Shown here piece by piece: positions 38,901-49,929 of a DNA stretch of 64,000 bases. The position numbers and the translations under genes are program-made. Source of the stretch: Paecilomyces variotii (Eukaryota); NCBI GenBank assembly GCA_004022145.1, contig RCNU01000001.1. The stretch is one strand, 5' to 3'. The notes beneath the pieces were generated by a model. That model saw only the letters and a list, made by a program, of their open reading frames with translations. It did not search any database and had not been told where the DNA came from. Each line of letters opens with the position of its first letter. Position 1 is the first letter of the stretch.

Positions 38901-41688
38901 AAGTATTAAGTTTAATAATATAATTTAGCCTATAGATATCTATAACTACTTTGCCTTTATAGATTATTATTTTATTATACTTAATATTACGCTAGATAAT
39001 AAATACAGGATATTTACTTAGTATATAATTAATAGTATATTCTATCTTACTCTAGTAATATAGCTTATTAAAGGTTTAATTAATAATTTTATAGTTCTTA
39101 AGGCTAAAAGAGTAAATCTTAATATACTTAAAGATACTTAATTCTTAATCTTCCTTTAATAAGATTATTATTTATTAATTTAGGGAAATATTAATAAATC
39201 TATAGTCTAACTAGATATTATAAGCTCTAATTATTTTCTTAAGCTTATTAATAATATCTAGAGGCCTATAAATAGTAATACTAATATTAAATTTCTTTTT
39301 AAAGCTTAGATTATTACCTTAAATAGCTAATTCTTTAGCTTTATTAGGGGATAATAGCGCTAACTATACTAGCAGTACTATAATTAAGTTAATATAAAAT
39401 ATATTAGTCTTCTTATATTTACTAATTAGACTTAAGTATATCTTCTATAAAATAGCCTATTCCTTATTTATAATATTAATCGCTTAAATAAAGGTAAAGT
39501 TAGCATTTATTAAATAGGCATATAGACTTACTTCTTAATAGTTAGGCTTAAAGAAATAATTATAATCTTTTATAAGATATCCTTTAAAATATATTAGAAT
39601 ATATATAAAACTATTTAATAATATTATTATTCTATATATAGAATAAACTAATTATAATAAACTATAATTTAGCTTTATAGTAATTTTTAGCAGGATATAA
39701 ATATTCTTAATAATAGTATAGGCTAAAATAATAAGATATATTAATATATTATAATAACTTATTATATTAACTTTAAGTAAAAGGTTTACTTTAAGATAAT
39801 TAACTAAATAGGCTTTAATTTTAAGCTTAAGCATTATTAGTTTAAAATAATAAGTAGCTAGATAATTTAAGATAAATTAAACATAAACTAATAAGTTATA
39901 TACTATAGATCTTATCTTATTAATCTTTATTTTAAATATATAATAGATTTTCGCTTACAGTATAACTTACTTAAAGAATATCTCATTAATTATTATTATA
40001 GAGTAATCTAAATTTAAGCAAATTAGCTTTACCTTAATACTACTAGCAATATATGCTTTTATTATAATATAATAGTATCCGCAAAAAGTATATTTAGGAG
40101 AAGCTTATTTAACTAGGGATTTAGTAATAATAAGTTATAATATAGTTATAATTATGCGCATAGTAATAGGTAATATAATATTATATAATATAATATTAAA
40201 TAATATAATATTAAAGGCTTTAATAATAAGAGAATGTAATATTAATTTTTAATAATAATTAGTATTATATAGATAATTATAGAGCTTATTATTTAACTAG
40301 AAGACTACTTAATATAGCTAGTATTTAAATATAAAGCAATTTATAGTATAATATAGTTAATATAGGTATTATAGTTATCTTTACTATAGTCTATATACTA
40401 AGAATTATTATATTTATCTTAGTAACTATTTTAATAGTAATAGTTATTATATTCTTTAGAAAAATTAATTAGATCTAGGGTTTAATTAAGAGGTACTATA
40501 TTATATACTTCTAAGCTAAGTATATTATAACCTTATTAACTATAGTTCCTATCTATAGTATTTATAGCTTAACTTATTTTAATACTTAAATAGGCTGTAG
40601 CTTAAAGCTATACTAAAAGATAAAGACCTTAATTATTATTTCTATACCGGTTTAGCGCTTAATATTACTAGTTCTAGTTACTATATTATAGGAACTAGCG
40701 TAATTATATTAGGGGTTAGCCTAGATTTTAAGTCTAATATTATTATATTTATATATTAAATTAGTTTTATTAATAGAGTATTATATTCGCATAGTTAGGA
40801 TAATTATAGCCTTAATTTCTAGTCTGCATAAACTATTATAGGGCTCTATCTCTAGTCTAATTAGTATTATTAGCATTACTTTAATTTTACCTTAAAAATT
40901 TTAAGAAGAGAGAATAATAAGAAAAGGTTTAAGTATTATTATAATTATATTACTAATAATAATATTAATTCTTATCTACTTACTTATACTATATTATATA
41001 GGCTTCTTTAACTATTTTAATAAATTTAAATACTATAGTATTCTCTTATAATACTTATATATTATGCTTAAAAAATAAGGAAAATCTGTTTTATATAGCT
41101 AATAATTAACTATATATTTCCTTTATTCCTATAGTATACAATAAATATAATACTTATTAAATAAACCCTTAGAGAATTCAGCTAGCTATAATATCTTATA
41201 TAGTATAATATAAAGACTTAAGCTATTTTATAGTAGTTATAGTATTAACCTTAAAATATTTTATAAACTATAAGATCTAACCTTCTTTAACAGGACGTAT
41301 ACGTAGTATTTTATAGTTATATTTAGAGAGCTTAACTATATATTATTATAGGGCTAAGCTATACAGGAATATTTAAATATAGCTTTATATAATAGATTCT
41401 CCTTTTATTATAGCTAAATTATAGATTTAATTAGTAAAAATATAAATATCCCTATAATAAATATAGCTTCCTACTATTATAATAGGACCTGTTTTAATAT
41501 AGTCTTTATTACTTAAATTAGGGTAGAAATATCTTAGCTCTACCTGCTTTTATAGCGCACTATTAATTATAGCGCTTATTAGTATCTCTAGAGTAAATCT
41601 AGCATTTAAATTTACTAAAAGATTATAGCTAAGAGTTTAGTTTTAAACTAGTTATTATTATTAATCTTGCTGTTATTAATATTATTGC

Positions 41689-42192
41689 TAGAGTAGTTAT
41701 AGTAAACCGAAAAAACCGAACCGAACCGAACCGAACCGAACTGAACCGCCCATGGTTCGGTTTGGTTCGCTTCCTAGTAAACCGCGGTGCGAGTCTACCA
41801 GAACCGAACCGAACCGGTGGTTTTTGGTTTAAACCATTTGAACCGTAATTTTGACCTCGTATTTAAATTACACTATGTAATTTATCGATACTTATATCGG
41901 AGGTATAAAATTACTATAGTATTTAGTATATATAATAAAAATATATTAGAAATCGGTAAATTACGGTATTGTAATTTTCGCTTATTTATCCTAATATAGC
42001 TAGAGCATAGTTATATAACCGGATCTAACTTAGGTTAGTAACTAATTATGCCGATCCGGTTTTTTTGGTTTTAAACCGAACCACCAGTATACGGTTCGGT
42101 TCAGGTACGGTTTATCTGCCCCGAACCGAAAACCGCTACGGGCGGTTTAACCCCCCCCTGAACCGAACCGAACCGCCTATATAACCACTCTA
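41689..42192. mobile_element. Non-autonomous hAT-like MITE (504 bp) inside Gypsy element 1
   Basis: 8-bp TSD ATTATTGC at 41681-41688 and 42193-42200. 13-bp TIR TAGAGT(A/G)GTTATA. Dense subterminal (AACCG)n/CGGTT arrays at both ends; no credible coding sequence. Confidence 0.88.
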
Positions 42193-43624
42193 ATTATTGC
42201 TATTAATATTAGTATTACTACTATTAATAGCTAGATTAGCTATTATTTTAAGCTATATTATTTTATACTATATTATTCTAACTTATAAGGTATTCTATTA
42301 TTTAGTAATTTTAGTCTAATATAGCCCTTATATTTTCTACTATTTACTAATTTAATTCTATTATTTACTAGAATATCTCTATTAATATAATATTAGAGTT
42401 AGTAGCTAGTAGTACTAGAGGTATAGCCGGGTTAGTAATATTTACTATACTATTAATATTCGCTGCTAACTATATTAAGGCTTTACCTAAATAATATAGC
42501 AGTAAATCTAGGAAAAAACGCAATAAATTAAATAATAAGACCCTTTAATATCTAGCTCCTTAGCTCTAAAAAATAGAATTTTAAAGTCTAAGAACTAGAT
42601 CGAGTAAGGCTAATTAAGGAGGTATTATAACTAGAATTTATAATCTAAGTTACTCTTATTAGTATTTATCTTATAATAGAGTTATAGAGGTATTATAAAA
42701 ATATATAGAATATAGTCTACTTAGTAGCTATATAAGTTCTAATATAAAATTAATTAAGTCTATTATAATAAACTGCTATTTTTAGAAAGTAAAATATTCT
42801 ATTAATATTATTATAAATTTAAAGAAGTCTTTAATAGCGCTATAAAGAATAAATTAATCTATTACTTATAATGCAAGAAATATAAATTATTTTATTTAAG
42901 AAAGTAATACCTATAACTTAATTTAGAATACCTTAATATAAGCTAATAAAATATACTTTAAGAAGTTATATCCCGGGTAATAAAATAAGATAAAATTAAT
43001 AAGATTAATAATCTTATAGTTAAGCTAATCCCTAAATTAAGAAGTTACTATTTTTAAAAAGCTACTAGACTATATATAAGCTCTAATATCTCTCTAAATA
43101 GTATAAAGAGATATTAGCTTTAATCTATTTCTTCTAAAGGCTAGTTTATTATAGAGGCTTAATCTTAACTTCTCTAGGTAAAATATTTAATAAAAGAGAC
43201 TAAAGCTAATTTATAATAATACTAGAGATAAAAATAATAAAACTAATAATATAATATAGGATTTTAATAATAAAAATAGGGCTTTAGATATAAATATTCT
43301 TAGCTAACCTATAGTATCTCTAGGCGTAAAATATATAAAGAAATAGCTTAATATAAATATTTTAATAAGAGATATTAAATTAAAGCTAATAGAGGCAGAA
43401 CTAAATAATATTAAGATAAATCTTAATAAAAAGAATAAATAATATAAAGATTTCTAATAATAATAGATAACTTTATATATAATAGAAAAAAGACTATAGA
43501 TAATCTATTAGCATTAAAAGCTAGTTTAAGATAATAATTAAATAGTATAGCAGATTACTATAATAGTTTTTAAGATATTCTTAATAATAGTTAGGCCCTA
43601 GATAACCTTAATATGCTACTAAAT

Positions 43625-43788
43625 TATTACAGTATAGGGGATAAAGAAGTTATTCTTCTATTAGCTATATAAGGAAGTAACTATATAGCTAATCGTTGCC
43701 TGAGGCTTCTATGCCTTATATCTTTATACCCTACTAAGGTAGCAGGCAGGCGATGCTAAGGTAGTATCGTACGCCTATATCTATATTA
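43625..43788 (-). repeat. 5' LTR of Gypsy element 1 (164 bp)
   Basis: Direct repeat of 35773-35936; adjacent internal motif ATATGCTACTAAAT lies at the primer-binding-site position. Confidence 0.88.
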
Positions 43789-45539
43789 TATATAGGGCAG
43801 TTTATAAATGCTAAAAGATAGCTTTATATTTTTACTTGCCTAGAGAGATAAATAAGTTAATTAGAGTAATTAAAGCAGTTAAGATAGCTAAGTAGGCGAG
43901 GTAATTAAGATAGCTACTTAGGTAAATAAGCGGATATAAGATAATTAGATAATGCCTATTATATAACTTTAAAAATTAAAATACTTATTAAATTATTTTA
44001 TTAAGATTTACTCTAAATATACTATATATAATAAATAATTTATTTTTTGCTTACTATTCTGCAGGCTTTTAAAGGCCTTTTTAACTATAGATTATTTACC
44101 TGCGGAATTATCTATTAATATATAATAAAGAAGCCAGCGCTAAGAATACTATCTCTTAACCTAATAAAGGCTTACAGCAAGGATATTATTATCCTGCTTA
44201 TTATAGACTATAAATATAGTTAAGATTTAGGATAAATACTTATTATAAACTATTAAAGTTATTAAATATTATTAAAGAATATTAGTTTTATAGATAGAAT
44301 TTATAATTATTAAATAGCTATAGTAAATTAAGTAAGTAAGTAATTTCTCTTAAATAAATATAAGGATATAAGAATATTTACTATCTTTATAGACTATATT
44401 TAATAACTATATACGCTAGTTCTTTTTAAGCAATAGATTATAAAAATAATTTATTTAGATTTCTTATAGATTAATAGCTCTATTAAATTTTAAATTAAGA
44501 TATTACCTAAGATAAGATTAACCTATATTATAAATATTTTAAATAAATAGAATAGCTTTACTAATACTAATAATAGCTTTATAATTTCTATTTTAAGTAT
44601 TAAGTAAGTTATTCTTTACTTTCTTAGGCCTATATCTTTTTTCTACCTCTATAATAATAAGAGCTTATATAATATTAATAACTTTATATTTTAAAGCTTT
44701 ATAATTATAGTTATAAGTATTATTAATAAGCTTAATTATTATAGTTTTCTTATTATTTATAACTTTTATTTTAAAGAGATAGCTTATTTATTTCAGTATT
44801 ATTTACTAATATTAGTGTTAATTAAAAGTAATACTAAGAATATAGTCCTTTTTCTACTAAAGGCAATATAAATAATAATATATTATTAGGTTTTAGAGTT
44901 TAGCACGCTTTTAATTAAGGATAACTATATTATTAATATAAAAAAGTATAGATTTAAATTTAGCAGATAATATTATAATCGGCTAATTATATTTTAGACT
45001 AAAGAGGTTTAAATAAAAGATATTAAAATATGCTAGCAGTAGTAAGAGACTTAATTTTATAAGGGTATCCCCGCTTAGGGGATTAACTAGAGTATTTAAT
45101 TTTATAGTAATTGCTATATTACTATAATAGGTTAAAATATACTGAACTGAAAAGCTTTAAATCAATCTAGAAAGGAAGGGGGAATAATTAAGATGTGGGA
45201 AATAAGGAGACAGATGTATTTGCGTTGAATTCTCAAAATAATAGGGGATTACCTAAGGAATTTGAGTTTTTTAGTAGAAAACTAATTTGGGCCGGCGTTA
45301 GCTAGGTGTCGGAATTATAAGACGTCCCCAACCGCGTGGGTTGTCCCGAAGTTGTAACGCTTACAACGAAAGACCTTCCGCGGAAATTTACCTGCTATAA
45401 CGGTCAATAGCCCCGCTATGTTAAATGGTATAAATTTATTCCAGGTGTGTACATTTGATTTATCTAATAGATTTTCAAAGTAGTCCCTCAACGGGCCTCT
45501 AAAGACTATTTAGTTAATTAGTAGGTCCCGGGGCTCTTG

Positions 45540-46220
45540 ATGAGTCAATAACTAGATCCCAGGACGCTTGGGAGATCAAGTCTCGAAGTCCTTCCTGAGG
45601 AAGTTCGTAACATCTAGCTAGATCTTAGGAGGGTCTGTCAGGATCTAAGCCCCAGCGCATCTTAACCTCCTTAGTATATCAGTACCACTATGCTATAGAG
45701 TTACTATCTGCTGGCTAACGACACCGCAAAGGACAACCCTCCGCTGTAAAGATGGACTTTTCAAGTATTGGCGGCCTATTTACAACTCTGATATTTGGAG
45801 TTTTCGCCTACGCTCTTCATTCATAGTAGGGTCAACGATCCCCTTGATCTCCCCAGCCACGGTGCCAGCCAAGACGCCAACGCCGACGCCAATAATCCAT
45901 CCATCACTTGCTTCTCGAAGGAACACGCTATTCCCTTCACTCTGCGACGCAGGATTTATAAGGAGCATATCGATATGCCTCTGGACGGTTTCCTTATCAC
46001 ACGGGTAAAGCTGTATGACATCGCCGCGACTATCGCCACAACCAATTTCTCGGGCCAAGGCTATTTTGGTAACCTCCTTAGCTATGACAATAATTATGAT
46101 CTTTGTATCTAGATCTAATGTAATCTTCTATAGACTGGCATCGAAACATTTTCTGCACTAAAAATCACAGGCAATCCGGGACCACTGACTAGAAAATGTA
46201 TGCCAAAAACCAAAAAATAG
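45540..46220 (+). pseudogene. Probable pseudogene with F-box-like N-terminus, broken by in-frame stops
   Basis: One frame from ATG 45540: MSQ*LDPRTLGRSSLEVLPEEVRNI*LDLRRVC.., continuing through the 105-codon ORF 45795-46112. About 10 stops before 46135; TpA-rich toward the MULE. 3' end uncertain. Confidence 0.5.
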
Positions 46221-46938
46221 CGCCAGGACTGTACCTATTGCACGGCACATGTTCGATATGCCAATCCCCACCCGATCGGATACTGCACCATAGATCATAA
46301 ATACACAAATATCACATATTGTAGAATAAAGGGACCCTTGAACATTGAAATGTCTACCAAGTCTGTGACTAACGTTGATAAACCGAGGATCAGAAACGCT
46401 ATTTCCAGTTGTAAAGCGATTATCTACCATAAGTATATAGTAGCCGAACAGCTTTGGGTGCTTTTCTGATGTCTTTCTAATAACGAAGTTCTTCTGGCAC
46501 TATAGTAATTGCGCTGCTAAGAGTCTCTTCTTTGCAATGGAATCAACGGTGTCCATTACGTAGGCCACTCGGGGAAAGAATAGCGCGAGACAGCGAAACC
46601 ATGTCAGACGAACAGGATCGGCATTTCTCCGCAATGTCACATCCACTCAACGCCTCTCCACGTTTAACCCCAGCTTCTCCCCGCAGATACGCCCGCATTC
46701 CCCCAGATCATCGCGCGGATGTCTAATTTTGGAATAGGATGTTATGGTGTAGCACTCTTTGTACCACCGGGTTAGAATACCCCGAGTCCTTGATGGACTC
46801 CATGGGGTGTCGTAATGCCATGAGCTCGTGTGAATATTATCCGAGGGGAGAGCGATAGTTATGTATACACATTCTATCCTCGTTTTTGGTGTATCTATTC
46901 CAGAATAGAGCTTATGATCGTGCTTCGCTTCAAAAGTC

Positions 46939-48863
46939 ATGTTCTTGGTCACAGGAGCAAATTGGCTAAGAGGGAAATGGCTCTCTTGGGCTATTACTGG
47001 TACGTCTATTCCCAGGATTCCTACATCTCATCATGCGACTAACCGATATTGCGTGACAGCGGCAAGCTGCCAGGGCTTTTTACTTCTTGGATACGATCAG
47101 TATGTCGCCATCTGTGAAATAAATGCACGCGATCCATCTGTCAACCAGTCAACTAACAGTGTATATTGTATAGGGGCGTGATGAGCGGCATCATCGGGGC
47201 CAATAACCAGTTCGGAAAAGACTTCAACTCTCCCGATTCAAATCTACAGGGGATAATCGTCTCAGTGTACGATGTAAGGCTATCTAACCAGGAAAGAAAT
47301 GACACACATACCAATGGGACGTTACTTAATTTTCGATGCATTAGATTGGCTGTGCTGTTGGATCGCTTGGATCTCTTTTCCTCGGCGATCGTGCCGGCCG
47401 GAAGTTCATGATCATGCTTGGAGGTGCCATAATGATCATTGGGACCATAATTCTTGCTTCATCGACTACACTAGCCCAGTTGTTGGTGGGAAGGATAGTA
47501 ACGGGTGTTGTACGTCGAGTTTAGGGCTGACATCATTCTATTGGAGCCGATTCTGACGCTGGGCTCTTAACAGGGAAACGGGTTAAATAGCTCTAACATC
47601 CCCGCTTACCAGAGCGAGCTTTGCGATCCTTCCAAGAGAGGAATGTTGCTGAGCTTGCAGGGTACGGTGACAATTGTCGGCCTATGTATAGCATATTGGC
47701 TTGACTTTGGATTCAGGTACGATTGACATACCCGACTCCATAATATGATTCATTCTGACAGCGATGTTTAGTTACGTCGACGGCTCAGTTCAATGGCGCT
47801 TCCCAATTGCATTTCAAGCTTTCTTCGCAATCCTTCTTGTTCTTCAGATGGTGCCGCTGCCTGAAACACCTCGTTATCTCATTCTAAATAACCATAACAA
47901 TGCCGCCGGAGAGGTCCTTGCCCGCCTGCATCCCGGAAAGAATGTCACGTCCGATCACCCCGATGTCGTCTATTTCAGGAGGCAGATAGAGACCGGAATT
48001 GAGACCGAGAGTGCTGGAGGCCCTTTCCGATACAGCGAGCTTTTGACGGGAGGCGAAGTGCAGAACTTCCGACGCGTTGTCCTATGCATGGCTGTCAACG
48101 TCATGCAACAGTTCACTGGCTCCAACATGATAAACTATTACGCACCTGTCGTATACCAGCAGACTATGGGACTGTCGAGAACCCTCAGCTTAATTCTTGG
48201 AGGGTGCACTTCCCTGACCTATCTCGTGGGATCCATAATTCCTCTCTGGGTGAGCAACGCACCTCATAAAGCTCGGCCGTGAAACCACTAATAGTATGAT
48301 AGGCAATGGACAAATTCGGGCGTCGGACTCTTCTGATGTTCTCTGCATCAGGGCTCTGTCTCTGCTTCAGTCTTGTAGCCATCCTACTCTCCAGAGAAAC
48401 CAAGTCTACCGCCTACGGAGCCACAGCCATGGTGTTCCTCTTCCAGATCTTCCTTGGTATTGGATGGTTACCAGTACCGTGGTTCTATCCTTCTGAAGTT
48501 ACGACGACCCGTATCCGGTCGAAAGGTCAGGCTCTAGGTTCCTTCATTAACTGGATGTGCGTCTTCACCGTTGTGCAAATCACACCCATCGCCATTGCGA
48601 ACATTCAATGGCGGACATTTATTATCTTCGCTGTTTTCTGCTTCCTATGGATTCCGATTGTGTACTGCTTCTTCCCTGAGACAAACCAGCTAGAGCTAGA
48701 AGATATTGACCATCTTTTTGATAACGGTGGTATCACTGGTGGCGTGTGGACCAGCAAAGGAGGTAGAACTGTGGAACGCAAGCATCATGAACGTGAGACG
48801 GAATTTGGAACATCTGCAAAGGAGGAGTTAGCAGGGAAATCTGCTGAGATAGAAACTGCTTGA
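46939..48863 (+). CDS. Sugar porter family MFS transporter (STL1-like subgroup)
   Basis: GFLLLGYDQGVMSGII, GDRAGRK, YQSELC..RG, WRFPIAFQ, PETPR, QQFTGSNMINYY, DKFGRR, WFYPSE, PET motifs. Six GT-AG introns can be read. Confidence 0.95.
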
Positions 48864-49550
48864 GACAGAGTTATGAACATGATGCTTTAGGCCTAATGTG
48901 GATTGAATATAGACTTCTCGATGCGAGCTCATATGTGATACCGTTAGTAACTGAGAAATGAAACTAAAGACAAAAATGGACTTAATGAATGTATCTAACT
49001 CGGTCAGTATGCCCTTCGGTTAAATTTGACAAGTCAACTGACGAATTTGGCTTCCAGTAGGGATTTCGGTTAACTCCGAAGCTTGACTCTAGCAGCGCGC
49101 AGCTTAATATGGATTGCGACTTTAGTATGCTATTCGATCCAATACAGGGAGCTGAGCACTGCAGCACTTTCACCAGTATTTGAGCTGGTAAGACATCTTC
49201 CCATAACTGCCATTCAGCCGTAGATCGTTTAGATATATAACATGCAGGCTTTGTCCACGCAGTTACTCCATAGTTATCTGACATAATAGCCGTACCCCCT
49301 CCAACATATCCATTATCAAAACCGTCAGCTGACGTATATACGAGCTCCAGACCAACGACATAGTACCACGCCGGGTGCAACATGAAAACTGGTATGATCT
49401 ACAGTTCGACTAGTCTATATTAATGGTTAATATCATTTTCTTACTACGAAGTTCGGGTCCATCCCATCTCGTTGATGGCATTAGTTTTCTCCGAAGCGGA
49501 ACAAGCATTGACGTAGATCATTTCTGTTCAGTACCTCCGTACTATCGTAT

Positions 49551-49826
49551 CCCCAGAAAGTGAACTTGACTAACCTGACCGAAGGGCATCGCGCATGACT
49601 AGCTTTCTAGATCTCTTTATAACCGATTGGCTAAAGTATAGGGGATTGTCGAATCATTTCTTACTGTGTTCTAATTCTAGCCTGTAATGTTACATTTTGG
49701 ACGTGCGACCCCCGCCATTGTGGGGGAACAAAGCAGCTAGAGAGGACTTCTGAGCAATGATATATCATCGAGTCCAAAGTCTTAGTATCTTCGCCAAGAT
49801 GGAGGACATTCAGCAGGTATAAATAG
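49551..49826 (+). promoter_or_regulatory. Putative promoter of the glycosidase: XlnR-type site, CreA sites and TATA box
   Basis: GGCTAAA at 49629-49635; SYGGRG matches at 49551, ~49710 and ~49720; TATAAATA at ~49819, about 110 bp before ATG 49930. Confidence 0.45.
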
Positions 49827-49929
49827 CCGCGCATTGGCATTACCTGACAGCTTATTACCTACTCACTGATGGTGATAGTCAGTGACGACGCTTATATCGT
49901 CGTACTTCAACTCGCTGCCAGAAACGTTC

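Larger units (their letters stand above)
35773..43788 (-). mobile_element. Ty3/Gypsy (chromovirus-type) LTR retrotransposon, RIP-inactivated, inserted in the MULE transposase
   Basis: 164-bp direct repeats at 35773-35936 and 43625-43788; TATAT on both flanks. RT YIDD reads as YINN (~38654-38643), integrase PQTDGQSE relic ~36895-36870, chromodomain relic YLIHWK ~36226-36209. RT precedes integrase, the Gypsy order. Confidence 0.92.
34609..45328 (-). mobile_element. Mutator-like (MULE) DNA transposon, RIP-inactivated; ~2.7 kb once the nested Gypsy is removed
   Basis: TIRs start GGGACGTCTTATAATTCCGACACC (34609-~34729 and ~45208-45328; 2 mismatches in the outer 101 bp). TSD CAACCGCG at 34601-34608 and 45329-45336. 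Reversing transitions on the minus strand gives DSTHKTN (~44301-44281), LTDDSAGEQ (~44118-44092), HLLCTVHSER (~44037-44008) and WAMYARQH..LLLQ..TTNAVESWH (~35656-35579), the D..D..CxxH..E core of MULE transposases. Confidence 0.92.

Noticed and set aside
39652-39834. Short ORFs in the AT-rich blocks (also 41787-41999 and 59224-59409)
   Set aside because: I/L/K/N/Y-rich chance openings or residual pol/gag frame in RIPed DNA, not functional genes.
41706-42177. (AACCG)n arrays as telomeric repeats or a CRISPR-like array
   Set aside because: Not TTAGGG, no repeat-spacer structure, and confined within a TIR/TSD-bounded element.
34609-45328. Centromere, mitochondrial insertion or contaminating AT-rich DNA
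   Set aside because: The AT richness is TpA-biased, starts and stops at TIR/LTR ends, and de-RIPs to transposase, RT and integrase motifs.
48982-49383. 133-aa minus-strand ORF between the transporter and the glycosidase
   Set aside because: No recognisable domain or splice support; may be chance or part of the inverted-repeat relic.
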